From: the human T2T-CHM13v2.0 reference genome, Homo sapiens
Length of the DNA: 64,000 bases
Strand: one strand, 5' to 3'
Assembly: GCF_009914755.1 (NCBI RefSeq)
Contig: NC_060947.1
Below, in pieces: positions 28,991 through 45,380 of this stretch; the stretch's first letter is position 1, and each line of letters begins with the position of its first letter. The notes under the pieces were generated by a model that searched no databases, was not told the origin of the DNA, and saw only the letters and a program-made list of their open reading frames with translations. The translations under genes were made by a program, and so were the position numbers.

Positions 28991-30358
28991 AACTTTCTCA
29001 ACGCGTCTACCTGAGAGAGAAAGGAAGGGATTAAAAAAGTAGAGAAGTGTACCCAACAGAGCATCTGGAAGTCATTGTGCTGTTTGTTGAATATTATAAA
29101 AAAGTATTTATGGGAGGAAAAGGACTTCCTGGAGGTGGAGCAAGATGGCAGAATAGAAGGCTTAACCGATCATAAAGGACACCAATTTAACAACTGTCTA
29201 CATGAAAAAATAAAAAAAAAAAAAACACCTTCATAAGAACTGAAAATCAGGTGAGCCTTTGTAGTACCTGGTTTTAACTCTGTATCATTGAAAGAGGCAC
29301 TGAAGAGATAGAAAAATCATGCCCTTGGAAATATGAAAAGAGTATGTAGAGATTTACATTGTGAACTTCTATCTAAGAAGGAACATAGGAGCTCAGGATA
29401 AAAGCAAAAGAAACTTTGGATCCTCTGAAAAATATGATAGATGGCAGACTGCATGGTGGGTGCAGCAGAAGACTGTGAGCAAAGCCTCAGTTCATGAGAG
29501 AGGTAGAGAAGGTTTCTATGATATACATTCCCACTGGGGAGTCAAGCAATCAAGGCTACCTGGGGGCTCCTTGAGCCCACCAAACACCGGATCTGATGTG
29601 GGGAGCAGTGGGGAGACCCTGGGAAGAAGTGTCAGCAGAAATTGCCCCATGCATGCTCCCAGTCCCTGGCAACAATAGAGGGAGGAGCAGTCACTGTTTT
29701 AAAGAGTGATTGCTGTCCATGATGTCACCAGAGTGGCCAGAGACACAGTTTCCTGACTGTGGATGGCGATCTATTCTCAAGTGGAGTGGTGAGTGTGGCA
29801 TGTGTTCCAGCCACTGGCCTGGGAGTTGGGCACCCCCTCACTTTGCAAGACCAGACTGGAAAAGGTATGGCCTGGGAGCCATGGTTTTTCACCTAGGCAG
29901 AGTTCCTTAACCTAGGATAGGTTTGCAGTCTGAGGACAGACTGCTTGTAACGTGGCTGGCTGTTCTCGCTTGCTGTGGCCAGCTGTGGGCCACAGGAGGG
30001 AGTCCCAGTGGGCCAAGATCACAGGAGTGAGGTGGGTACCACTGCAGCCTGCTAGTCTGTGGAGCCTTAGCCACCCCTCTTTCTTCATGCTGGCTCTTTG
30101 GTGTGGCAGTGGTTGCTCCACTCCTCCCTGGAGAACTGGCCCAGTGACCTGAGAACTGTCTTCTGACCCCCATCAGGGTAAGCCCTTGTGTTAGCTCTTA
30201 GGGATCCCAAGCATGGGCTTTCCTGGCTCAGCCCTGCTTGGCTTGCCCCCTACACCTGTCTCAGAAGCAGAGCATGGGACAAGGACCTCTGGGAGTTCCA
30301 CAGTCAAATTCATTGCCTAAGACATCTGACATCTCCTGGTTAAAAAAGTTGAAGCATA

Positions 30359-30706
30359 CATGGAATACTATGCAGCCATAAAAAAGGATGAGTTCACGTC
30401 CTTTGTAGGGACATGGATGAAGCTGGAATCCATTATTCTGAGCAAACTATCGGAAGGACAGAAAACCAAACACCGCATGTTCTCACTCATAGGTGGGAAT
30501 TGAACAATGAGAACACATGGACACAGGGTGGGAAACATCACACACCAGGGCTTGTCATGGGGTGCGGGGAGGGATAGCATTAGGAGATACGCCTAATGTA
30601 AATGACGAGTTAACGGGTGCAGCACACCACCATGGCACGTGTATACATATGTAACAAACCTGCACATTGTGCACGTGTACCATACAACTTTAACTATAAT
30701 AAAAAA
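30359..30706 (+). mobile_element. 5'-truncated L1PA 3' end
   Basis: Young L1 3'UTR with poly-A, TSD aaaagttgaagcata. Confidence 0.9.
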
Positions 30707-31925
30707 AAAAAGTTGAAGCATAAACTCTACTGTCACCACTGTGGCTGGCACTCACATGAAAGTACCACCTACTAGCTGGGAGGTCAACCTGCACAGACCA
30801 TTACAGCATCTGCTGATACAATTGCACAGTGCTTAGGAAGGAGACAAATTTGTGTAACTGCTGCTACCACCATTGTGCACACCACCCTGGCTACTCAGAA
30901 GGCCCTGAGTCCATTCACTTGCCCAATACATTACTACTACAGCTGGCATTTGAGAAAGCCACCGCATTTAGGCTATTTATGACCCAGGAAATCATACAGA
31001 GACTATGCCACTGAATGCACCCATAATCAAAGCCAAATGACCCTACAAACCATACATCATAAACACATCTTGAAGAAAAAAAGACCTGCCCTAATAAAAG
31101 TAAACTCAAAAATGAGAAATGATTGTTACTTCAGATGCAAAGGAATAAGTGCAATAATACTAGAAGTTTAAAAAAGAGCCAAGACGCAATGACACCCTTG
31201 AAGGAACACAGTAATTCTCTAGCAATGGATCCTAAACAAAGAGAAATCTTCAAAATAGCAGATAACGAATTAAAAATACAGATTGTAAAGGTCAATGAGA
31301 TACAAGAGAAATCTGAAAACCAATAAAAAAAATCAGAAAATCAACTCAGGATATGAATGAGAAATATATCAAAGAGATAGATTTTTTTTTAAAGCCAACA
31401 GAACTTCTAGAAATGAAAAATTCATTGAAATAATTAAACATATAGTTGAAAGTTTCAACAATACACTTGACAAAGCAGAAGAAATCCTCTTGGAACTTGA
31501 AAACAGGTCTTTCAAATTAATCTGGTCAGACAAAAAGAAAAAAGAATTTAAAAAAATGAACAAAGCCTTTGAGAAGTATAGAATTATGCAAAATGACTGA
31601 ACCTATGAATTAAAGATATTCACACAGAAGAAGAAAGAGCAAGAGCAAAAAGTTTGGAAAATTAATTTCAGGAAATAACTGAGGAAAGCTTCCTAGTCTA
31701 GCAAAAGATATAGATACCCTGATACAAGAAGCTCAGTAAATACATTGCAAGAAGGACCTCACCATGACATAGAGGCATCAGACTAAGATCATCAAGGAAA
31801 AAACCTAAAATCAGCAAAAGTGTCTAGTCATCTATAAATGATACCCCACTAGACTAATAGCAGACTTCTTAGCAGAAACTCTATGAGCCAGAATGGAGTG
31901 GGATTCTTTTATCAAAAGTGGTTAA

Positions 31926-33501
<1,576 letters not shown>

Positions 33502-33864
33502 TGACACCTTTAGACTGGTCCTAACAAAAATAGGCAAAGGAGTTCTAAACATGGAAACAAACGATCGATACTCACTATCCTAAAATCCCATGAACGTATA
33601 AAACTCACAGATTTTATAAAACAATCACAGAAATAAGAATGAGAAAGAAAGAAAATGGCAGCATGACAGAACTCCACCAAATCACAAAAAGACAGAGAAA
33701 AAAAGAAACAAAGAATCTACAAAGCAACTAGATAACAATATTATGACAGGAACAAAACCTCACATATCAATATTAACTTTTAAGAGAAATGGATTAAATG
33801 CTCCATTCAAATGATACAGATTTGCAGAATGGATAAAAAACACAGATTAACTATATGCTACTTA

Positions 33865-34284
<420 letters not shown>

Positions 34285-35149
34285 CTATACTTATCTAAGA
34301 TAAAATAGAATTTAAATCAACAGTAAAAAAAGTCAAAGAAAAGTGATTATATAATGATAAATGGATTCAACTAATAGGAAGATATAAAAATCCTGCATCT
34401 ATCTGCACCCAATCCTGGAGCAGCCAGATTCATAACACAAATATTACTAGACCTACCAAAAAGACGGAAAGCAATATAAGAATAATGGGGGAATTGAACA
34501 CTCCACTGACAGCACTATACAGATTATCAAGACAAGAAAACACTACTTAAATTGGACTTTAGACCAAATTGATCTAATAGATATTTATAAAACCTTCTAA
34601 CCAATAACAACAGAATATACATTATTATCATCAGCACATAGACTGTGCTCCAAGACAAACCATGTATTAGGCCACAAAAGAAGTCTGAATACATTTTTAA
34701 AAACTGAAATCATATCAAGTATCTTCTTGGACAAAAGTAGAATAAAACTACAAATCAATTCCAAGAGGAACTCTTGAAAAAATACATAGAAATTAAACAA
34801 CACACTACTGAATAATATTTGGATCAATGATGAAATTAAGATAAAAACTTTAAACATTTTGGAAACAAATGAAAATGGAGACACAACACACTAAAACCCC
34901 TAGGATACAATAAAAACACTGCTAAGAGGAAAGTTTGTCGTGCTAAATGCCTACATCAAAAAACTCAGAACACAAATTAACAACCTAATGTCACACCTCA
35001 AGGAACTAGAAAAGTAAGAACCAAACATAAAGCTAGCAAAAGAAAAGAAATAACAAAGATCTCAGAAGACCTAAATGAAATTGAGGTCAAAAAAATACAA
35101 AGAATCAATTAAACAAAAAATTGATTATTTCAAAAGGTAAACAAAATTG

Positions 35150-36102
35150 GAAAAATTTTGCAATCTATCCATCTGACAAAGGGCTAATATACAGGATCTA
35201 CAAATAACTTAAACAAATTTACAAGAAAAAAAACAATCCCATCAAAAAGTGGGCAAAATATATGAACAGACACCTATGAAAAGAAGACATTTATGCAGCC
35301 AACAAACACATGAAAAAATGCTCATCATCACTGGTCATTACAGAAATGCAAATCAAAACCACAATGTGATACCACCTCACACCAGTTAGAATGGCAATCA
35401 TTAAAAAGTCAGGAAACAACAGATGCTGGAGAGGATGTGAAAAAATAGGAACGCTTTTACAATGTTGGTGGGAGTGTAAATTAGTTCAACCATTGTGAAA
35501 GACAGTGTGGTGATTCCTCAAGGATCTGGAACTAGAAATACCATTTGATCCAGCAATCCCATTTCTGGGTATATACCCAATGGATTACAAATCGTTCTAC
35601 TATAAAGACTCATGCACATGTATGTTTACTGTGGCACTGTTCACAATAGCAAAGACTTGGAACCAACCCAAGTGCCCATCAATGATAGACTGGATTAAGA
35701 AAATGTGGCACATATACACCATGGAATACTATGCAGCCATAAAAAAGGATGAGTTCATGTCCTTTGCAGGGACATGGATGAAGCGGGAAATCATCATTCT
35801 CAGCAAACTAACACAAGAACGGAAAACCAAACTCTGCAGGTTCTCACTCATAAGTGGGAGTTGAACAATGAGAACACATGGATACAGGGAGGGGAACATC
35901 ACACACAGGGGCCTGTCAGGGGCTGGGGGACTAGGGGAGGGATAGCATTAGGAGAAATACCTAATGTTGATGATAGGTTGATGGGTGCAGCAAACCACCA
36001 TGGCACATGTATACCTATGTAACAAACCTGTACATTCTGCACATGTACTCCAGAACTTAAAGTATAATACAAAATAAAAATAAAAAATAAAATAAAATAA
36101 AA
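35150..36102 (+). mobile_element. 5'-truncated L1PA (PA6/7-like)
   Basis: ORF2 C-terminus (WNQPKCPSMIDWIKKMW), 3'UTR and (AAAAT)n tail. Confidence 0.9.
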
Positions 36103-36174
36103 GGCTGTTTATAAAAAAATACAAAGACTCTATTAAACAAAAAGTTTTTTATTTCAAAAGATAAAAAAAATTGA

Positions 36175-36237
36175 GGCCAAGTGCAGTGGCTCATGCTTAT
36201 AATCCCAGCACTTTGGGAAGCTGAGGTGGGCAGATAC
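36175..36237 (+). mobile_element. Truncated Alu 5' fragment
   Basis: ggccaagtgcagtggctcatgcttataatcccagcactttggga, cut after about 60 nt. Confidence 0.85.
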
Positions 36238-36821
36238 TAATGATATTAATCATCCATAAAAAAGAACAAAATCATATCTTTTGCAGTAACATGGATGGAA
36301 GTGGAGGCTATTATCTTAAATGAAATAACTTAGAAAGTCAAATATCACATGATCTCACTTATAAATAGGAGCTAAATAATGTTTATACATGGACATAGAG
36401 TGTGGAATAATAAACATTGGAGACTCAGAGGTGTGGGAGGTGGGAGGGGTGTGAGGGATGAGAAAATGCTTAATGGATACAATGTATACTATTTGGGTGA
36501 TAGTTATACCAAAAGCTCAGACTTCACCACTACACAATATATCCATGTATAAAAAATGCACTTGTACCCCTAAATTTATACAAATAAAAAATAATAAAAT
36601 AACATAGCCACGATAGGGAAGAGGAGAATTAGCTGCCTAAGGTTAGGTATATTTATCCTGAATGTAGGGGTTTTTTCGAAGAGTAAAATGAAACTTTTCC
36701 AGTGAGACTGGGTAGATGAGTTTATTGGCAAAAAAGTGGTTGAAGAGATGTACCACAAGGTCTAGGCTGGTTAGAAAATAAAATGAGGCCAGAAGGGACT
36801 AACAGATAGTGAAAAAGGTGA

Positions 36822-37202
36822 TGTGATGGTGGCTTTAAAATATGTATTTAAAGTCTTTGGTATTCCTCCATTTAAAGCTAGAGCCTACTAACTCTATGAG
36901 CTCTATGAGGACACTCAGTCAACCTTATGGAGTGATTCACATGGCATATCTGAAGGCTCCTATCAACAACCACCAAAGCAAATGAGCCATTTTGGAAGTG
37001 GATCCTTAAACCCCAATCAAGCCTTCTGATAACTGCAGCTCTGGCTGATATCTTGAGTACAACCTCATGAGAGATGAGTAGAATCATCCATCTAAACCAC
37101 TTCAGAACTCTTGACCCACAGAAACTGTGAGACAATACATGCTTGTTTTTTATATTGCTAAATTTGGGGTAAAGTGTTGTGCATCCAAAGATAGCTAATA
37201 TA
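36822..37202 (+). mobile_element. MLT1 (MaLR) LTR
   Basis: acccacagaaactgtgagacaata...atagctaata end motif. Confidence 0.7.
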
Positions 37203-37549
37203 GACATTAAGATCTAGAGAGCCCAAGGAAAACAATAAAATGTGTGGGTCAAAGAGCTCAAGGGAAAATAGTTGAAGTCTGAAAAAATAATGTTTGAATT
37301 TAAAATTTCAGAGGTAATGTAGTTTTCTTAGTGATAACAGAGTCAAAACTATGGCCATTTTTGCGGATAGCTGAGGTGAAGTGAAAATAAAAGTCAGTGG
37401 AGAGGAGGATTTCATGTGTCCACAAGAATACTTTGTTGCCCAGGATCACCAAATACCATTAAATAAGAGCCCTTACATGATCCTAGGGTGTCAGAGCTAG
37501 AAATAACATACCATTGTTAAATTATGTAGTCCGTATAAGTGGACTTGAT

Positions 37550-37726
37550 TTGTTTCTCAATATGTGGCCCAAGGAATATCCATATTAGAAACACCTGGGG
37601 TACTCTTCAGACATGCCCCTACATCAGAACAAATAAATACCAATATCCAAGGGTGGGATCCAGGAATTCTCATTTTATCAAATTATGCAGGTGATTCCCA
37701 AATACACTAACTTTTGGAACATCTGG
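37550..37726. mobile_element. MER5-like hAT MITE
   Basis: tttctcaa...cacctgggg...caggtgattc...ttggaacatctg. Confidence 0.6.
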
Positions 37727-38589
37727 TCTGGCTCAGCTCCTTCAAGATTCTGCCTTTAGAGGCCAAGATTTTATTTTGATGCTAATACTTTCCATTATAC
37801 AAAGCTGCCTTTTGTGCCCAAAGCAATTAGTGGCAATTGATAAACTTACAATAATAAATCAAGGAATATTTAAGAATAAATAACCTAAAAGAAAATCCAA
37901 ATTCTTTATATAGATCTGGTTCCTGCCAGACTCTTCTATCACTTTCTGCCTTACTTATGGTGCTCCAGTAAGTTTATTCTCACCTCACGGTCTTTGCATT
38001 AGTTGTTCCTTCTGCTTGGAGTGCTCAAACATTAACATGAGTAGACTCACGTTTTACTCAAGACTGCTGAAACATCTGCTCCTTCAAGAGGTATTCCCAA
38101 TCTAAAGTAACTTTCACCCCAAACCAGAGACTAAATACTATAGTCACTCTCTGTAGTATTTATCAGCATTTAAAATAATCTTAATTTATTTACTGTCTTA
38201 GTCAAAATATACTTAAGCTCCCTGGGACCAGGGATTGTGTCTGTGTTGTTCATTGCCTCAAGCCCAGTATATATTTTTTCTGACTTTTTAAATATTTCTG
38301 CCACTAATTGGGACATCACATAGACATATTCTGAGAATTACACTTCTTTTTATTCTCATACACAATAGTTCCATGTCCTATAGATCATTCTTACGTAAAG
38401 TCAAAGCATTTAGTTGACAAAAACATGCCAGTCATAAGCTTCCATATTTGTGGATAAGGTCATAAAAGCATTGAATGCATTCCATTGATTTATTCTTGAT
38501 TGTTCATATAGGAAAAGATGAGTGTAAGGAAATTATGAATTTTTTTCTATTTTTGGATTGAAAAAGTTAATATTGTTTTTATTTATTTA

Positions 38590-39813
38590 CTTTTTTAAAA
38601 ACTTTTATTTTAGGTTCTTGGGTACATGTGCAGGTTTGTTATATAGGTAAAATTGTGTTATAGGGGTTTGTTGTACAGATTATTTCATCACCCAGGTACT
38701 AAGCCTAGCACCAAATAGTTATTTTTTCTGACCCTCTCCCTCCTCCCACCCTCTACCCTCAAGTGGGCCCCAATGTCTGTTGTTCCCCTCTTTATGTTCA
38801 CATGCTCTCATCATTTGGCTCCCGCTTATAAGTGAGAGCATGTGATATTTGGTTTTCTGTTCCTGCATTAGTTTAAAATAAAGGCCTCCAGCTCCATCTA
38901 TGTTGCTTCAAAGGACATGATATCATTCTTTTTTTGGCTGTGTAGTATTTCATGGCATATATGTACCACATTTTCTTTACCCAGTCTATAGTGATTGGGC
39001 ATTTACGTTGATTCCATGTCTGTTATTGGGAATAGTGCTGCAATAAACATATGTGTGTATGTGTCTTCATGATAGAACCATTTACATTCTTTTGTGTATT
39101 TACTCGGTAATGGGATTGCTCAGTTGAATGGTATTTCTGTTTCTAGCTCTTTGAGGAATTGCCACACTGCTTTCTATAATCGTTGAACTAATTTACACTC
39201 CCACCAACAGTGTATTAGTGTTCCCTTTTCTCTGCAACCTCACCAGCATCTGTTATTTTTTTGACTTTTTAATAATAGCCATTCTGACTGGTGTGAGATG
39301 GTATCTCATTGTGATTTTGATTTACATTTCTCTAATGATCACTGATATTTAACTTTTTTTCATATGCTTGTTGGCCGCATGTATATCTCCTTTTGAGAAG
39401 TGTCTGTTCATGTCCTTTGCCCACTTTTTAATGGGGTTGTTTGATTTTCTTGTAAATTTGTTTAAATTCCTTACAGAAGCTGGATATTATTTTCTCCCAT
39501 TCTGTAGGCTATCTGTTTATTGATGGTTTCTTTTGCTGTGCAGAAGCTCTTTAGTTTAATTAGATCCCATTTGTCAGTTTTTGCTTTTGTTGCAATGATT
39601 TTGGTGTCTTTGTCATGAAATCTTTGCTAGTTCCTGTGTCCAGAATGGCATTGCCTAGGTTGTCTTTCAGGGTTTTTATAGTTTTGAGTTTTACATTTAA
39701 GTCTTTAATCTATCTTGAGTTAATTTTTTATTATAGTATAAGGAAGGGGTCCAGTTTCAGTCTTCTGCCTATGGCTCACCAGTTTTCCCAGCACCATTTA
39801 TTGAATAGGGAGT
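38590..39813 (-). mobile_element. 5'-truncated L1PA13-15-like element
   Basis: L1 3'UTR and ORF2 end on the - strand. Confidence 0.85.
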
Positions 39814-40350
39814 CCATTATTGGGTATATACCCAAAGGAATATAAGTCATTCTACTATAAAGACACATGCATGGGTCTGCTCATTACAGCACTATTCTCA
39901 CTAGCAAAGACATTGACTCAACCTAAATGCCCATCAACAGTAGACTGGATAAAGAAAATGTGATACATATATACCATGGAATACTATGCAGCCATCAAAA
40001 ACATAAAAAAGAATAAGATCATATCCTTGGCAGCACCATGGGTGGAGCTGGAAGCCATTATCCTCAGTGAACTAGTGCAGGAACAGAAAACCAAATACTG
40101 CAGGTTCTGACTTATAAGTGGGAACTAAATGGTGAGTATGCATAGACATAAAGATGGAAACAATAGACACTGGGGCCTACTTGACGGTGGAAGGTGGAAG
40201 GAATGTGAGGATTGAAAAACTACCTATCAAGTGCTATGCTTATTACCTGGGTGAGGAAATAATCTGTATGTCAAACCCACTTGACATGCAATTTTCCTGT
40301 ATAACAAACCGGCACATGTACCCAAACCCAAAATAAAAGTTAAAGTTGGA
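39814..40350 (+). mobile_element. 5'-truncated L1PA16-like element
   Basis: L1 3'UTR on +, abutting the previous element head-to-head. Confidence 0.85.
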
Positions 40351-41521
40351 AAAGAAGCAACAACAACAACTACAACAACAAAACATGGGTGTTATTGAAA
40401 TTCCTGAAATTTTTGGGAAATAAGATTGTTATAAATTTATTCTAAGCTTATTCACAATTTTAAGACTTTTCTTATTTGCCTGTTGATTATTGTGAAATAA
40501 ACCTGACTGATATTAAAATCAATAAAAAGTGTGCATCAATCAGTTATGAACAAAGTTAGCTTGACAAATCTAGGTATACCATTTATTTAATATGCAGAAA
40601 TGTTAAATTTGGATGAAATTATTGACAAATACACAGAGGTTAAGGCTCAAAAACAGAAACTGTAATATTATTATTCATTCCTGTGGCAGACCACTATGTA
40701 GATATAAGTATTTTTCCTTTGAAAAATACATTAATGCAATTAAAACACCTTGATCCATTTTTTTCCTTTTTTGGTTCTGTACTATTTATTTTGCATTTTA
40801 TTTTTATATTGGCATATATATGTATGTATATGTTTATATTAAGTTCAATAAAAGAAAATAGTCACTCAATGTTTCTTTTGTAGCCAGTATTATTAGTTTC
40901 ATTTCATCATTATTTCTTAAAATAATTTTGTCATTTACAGGACAGTTCTGTTAAAAAGGATCTGTTTTGGGTATGAAATGTGATAGGTATCAACTAATGC
41001 CTAGTATATAGTTTGCACATAATAAATATTTGTTGATTGAATGAATGAATACATGAATTAATATTGGGACTGTTAATGGGCATATTATGAGCATCTTCTT
41101 TCCTCAGAATCCTTCAGGGAGGCCTACAGCAGACCTTGCTCCTGTTGTGAATATTGCAATATACCCTTAGTATATTCTCCTGATAGCACCAAAATCATCC
41201 TTTAAAAATGTAAATTAGATCACATCACACCTTTGCTCAAAATCCTCCAATGATTTCCCATCTTATTCAGCATAAAATCCAAATTTATTTTGGCGGCACG
41301 AAAGCCCCTACACTGTGTTACTTCGCTACCTCTGAAATTATTGCTCCAGCCTCACTGGACTTTTTCATTGCTGTTCCTTCCGTATGCAACCCTCTTCTCT
41401 AAATTCCTCCAGGACTTTTATCAAATGAGCTTATCAGAGTCTTTCTCTCATTGATATAAACCAGTAAACTCCCACCTCATTCCCATACTGTTTTATTTTC
41501 CTTCATAGCATTTGTCTCTTT

Positions 41522-41846
<325 letters not shown>

Positions 41847-42199
41847 TCATTTGTCTCTTTTACTCCTGTAATCATAAGCTCTGTGAGGAAGCCACTATGT
41901 TTTGTCTATGCCCCGAACAACTGCCCGGCACAGAGTATGCTCTCCGTGACTTAGTTTTAGAATGAATGAACTTACCCATGTTTCGCAGAGGTAATAAGTT
42001 GTTTTTCTTACTATATAATTAATTATTAAAGCAGCTACATTTGGGTATTAAGTCCTTATCTGGACATATCACATATGCCCGAAACAAAATAATTAAAAGT
42101 TCTGCACCCAGGAAAATAACTCCCAACTGGACTATTGATAATGTTCTGGAAGGCTTTATCTGGGACCGGGAGGGTCAACCACAGGGGTGAACAGTTTCT

Positions 42200-42720
42200 C
42201 CAGAAGACAGCTGACCGAAACCGCAGCAGTTGCCAAGGCGGCTGGAGGAGGGCGGAGAAAAGGCGGTAACTGGCAGGCAAGGGGCGTAACGGGGTGGGGC
42301 TGTCCTAAGGGAAGCCTAGTCGAACTGATTTGTCCCTCTCTGCTCTCCGTCTGAAAACCTTGGCCGAAAGGGTTGTAGACATGGCGGCCATCAGGGTAAG
42401 CGAAAACCAACTTGCTTAATTTCTGTGGGTGCCGATAGCATCCCGGTAACTGTAAAAGGGATCCTACTAACTTCTGAAGGAGCCCTGAAACAAGGGGCAG
42501 GGTGGAGGTGGGTTTTGAGATAATTGCAATCTTTATCGTTTGAAGCCTCAAGACACCTGCCTTTCCCCATTAGGGTTTTATCAGCCTGGGACGCTGCTCC
42601 CTCAATCCCCTGTGGTTGTCGATTTACACAGTGGCACAGTACAAAACTGGGAAACGGCTGGGTGAAAATGGCTGGCCAGGCGACGAGCCGCAGTAGACGT
42701 TTCGGTCTTCAGCTGCAATA
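42200..42720 (+). promoter_or_regulatory. APOOL: APOOL GC/CpG-enriched promoter and first-exon region
   Basis: Local CpG enrichment, GC boxes (gggcgg, ggggtgggg), YY1-like GACATGGCGGC over the ATG and AAAATGGC at about 42665. Confidence 0.8.
42381..42395 (+). CDS. APOOL: APOOL (MICOS subunit MIC27) coding exon 1, MAAIR; the rest of the gene lies beyond the window
   Basis: gacATGG Kozak context, ATG GCG GCC ATC AGG, then donor GTAAGC. Matches the recalled APOOL N-terminus MAAIRMGKLTT and the L1-rich X-like context. Confidence 0.88.
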
Positions 42721-43429
42721 AAGAGAAAAATATATATATAAACTTGGCATTTGTCTCGGCGCACAGGGCAAGGCCACATGACCCTATGGAAGGACTTTGT
42801 TGAAACATTTGGGGTGAAACTGACCAGGATAGAGAGGTCCCATAGTCTTTCAGCAGTGCGCTGGTTTACACATAGTGTTGTTGCTTTCTGTGCTCGAATA
42901 ACCTGTTCCTTTCGAGTTTTACGCTTGGGAAAGGTGCCTTTACTTGGGAGTCCGTGTACAGTGAGTGACTCAGCTGGCAGCTTGCTGCAGTTCCCTAAGT
43001 AGTGTTTAATAATGGTAGTCTACAGATATTTACGTAGCGGGTTTTAATTGTAAAATATTCTGTTAGGCTTGCAGGAGATACAGTATGAATAATTCAGTTC
43101 CGCTGAAGTTTTAAGTCGGCAGCGTCTACAGTTCTGGTTCTCATACTTCATCTGAGTTATTTGAACAACCTCCTACCTGAACTTGCCACCTCAAGCCTGG
43201 CTCTCATGTAATCTGTTTTCCTCTGTGTTGCCAGAGTACATCTACCAAAATGCAAATTTGATTTTTGCCTCCCCCCGCATTTAAAAAATTTTATGGGCAT
43301 GTCATCATCTCCCCTCTGGGGTCAGGCCATACTCTTATGTCTAGAACATCTGATTTTACCTAGACTTTCCAGCCTCATCTCTTGTCACTCAGGAACCCTC
43401 CTCCTGTCGATACTGAGCTGCTTGCTTGA

Positions 43430-43926
<497 letters not shown>

Positions 43927-44429
43927 CTCGCCAGTCTATTTTAAATAACTCTTGTTTGTGCTCCCAGAGGACTCTGGGCACACTCTTAACCAAGCATTTA
44001 TTCCACTGCACATATAGACTACTTACTTGTCTGTTCTAGCTACCTAAACTATAAGCTCCTTGAAGACAGTAATTATATTAACCTTTGTATCCGTAGTACC
44101 TAGCACAGGTCTGATGTATATTAGGTAGTCAACATGTTCTACATGAATAAAGTGCCAGGCAATGAGGACAGAAGAGATTAAGTGGTGGAGATATAACACA
44201 TATAACACAAATGACTGTGATTCAGAGTAAGGGGAGTTTCTTACCTGAAGAGAAGTACAAAGTGCTCTGACGCTCAAAAGGAGAGAGCTCACACTTGGTT
44301 TGAAGAGAGTAAAAAGAGGCTTCATGGAGAAGGTGCAGAGACAGAAGGAATGGTCAGTGGCAAAAAGCAAACCAGAATAGTGTGTTTTCATTGAGAAGAA
44401 GAGAGTTGAACAGTCCTTTGATTTCACCA

Positions 44430-45380
44430 TTAATAAGTTGCTGCTGTTATCATTTATTAAGTGCTTACTCCAGGCCAGGCACTATGCTAAAACACGTTAC
44501 ATGTGTTAATTCACTAATTCTCAAGACAACTTTATGTGGTGGGTATTATTACCATTTTACACATGAAAATTAAGGTTTAGAGAAGTCAGATTATTCAAAA
44601 CCATGCTAATAAGAGCTGAAGTGAGCTAAAGAGATAAATAGAGTGGTAGAGGAACAACCAAGATTGTATGGGGTTAAGAAAAGAATAAGGGATGGAGAAC
44701 TGGCATTCATTTAGCACCCACTTTGGCCAGATGATTTACATATATTATTTTAGTTTAATCCTCTTGATGACCCTAAGAAATGGGTAATATATCCATTTTA
44801 CAGATGGAAAAACGGAGGCTTAGAAAAACTGCTTGCTCCAGGTCATACAACCACTAAGTGGAAGAACTAGGTTCAAACAGTATATTTATCTCCAAAGTCT
44901 TTCCACTCCTCCTTGCTTCCTCTGGAAAGGAGTTATACATTACTCTTTAGAGAAGTTTGGTGGTGAAAAGAAGGAACAAAATCTTGGAATGAGGGTAGCA
45001 AATTCCAGAAAAGGTGTCTTTTAATTAAAAAAAAAAAAAACTAAAAACAAAACAGGAGACAGAAGACTTGAGCTACTTTGGAGACAAGGGAAAATGTACC
45101 AGGAGGTATCTAGAGGGAAAGATAATAGTATTTACAGCTATTGTGTTATTGAATATTGACTACGTGCTAGGAATTTTGCTAAGCACTTTATGTGGATTCT
45201 CTCATTTATGTTTCACATTGGCCCTATGAGTAGGAATTTATATTAATCACTTTTTACAGGTAGGGAAACAGAAGCTTAAAAAGGTCAAGTAACTCCAAGG
45301 TCACACAGGAGTAAAGTGGTAGAGCTGGATCTGAAATCACATGGTATGAGTCCTGAACCTGGACTCTTAACCATACTTTG
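44430..45380. mobile_element. Cluster of MIR SINEs (about 44440-44600, 44710-44900, 45135-45380)
   Basis: MIR core motifs (ccattttacagatggaaaaacggaggcttaga; caaggtcacacag). Confidence 0.75.

Noticed and set aside
42381-42395. MAAIR as a RHOA/RHOC start
   Set aside because: Those continue KKLVIVGD in the same exon. Here a splice donor follows directly, which fits APOOL.
42056-43002. ORFs of 65-131 aa around the APOOL promoter
   Set aside because: They have no recognisable protein features and are explained by local GC richness.
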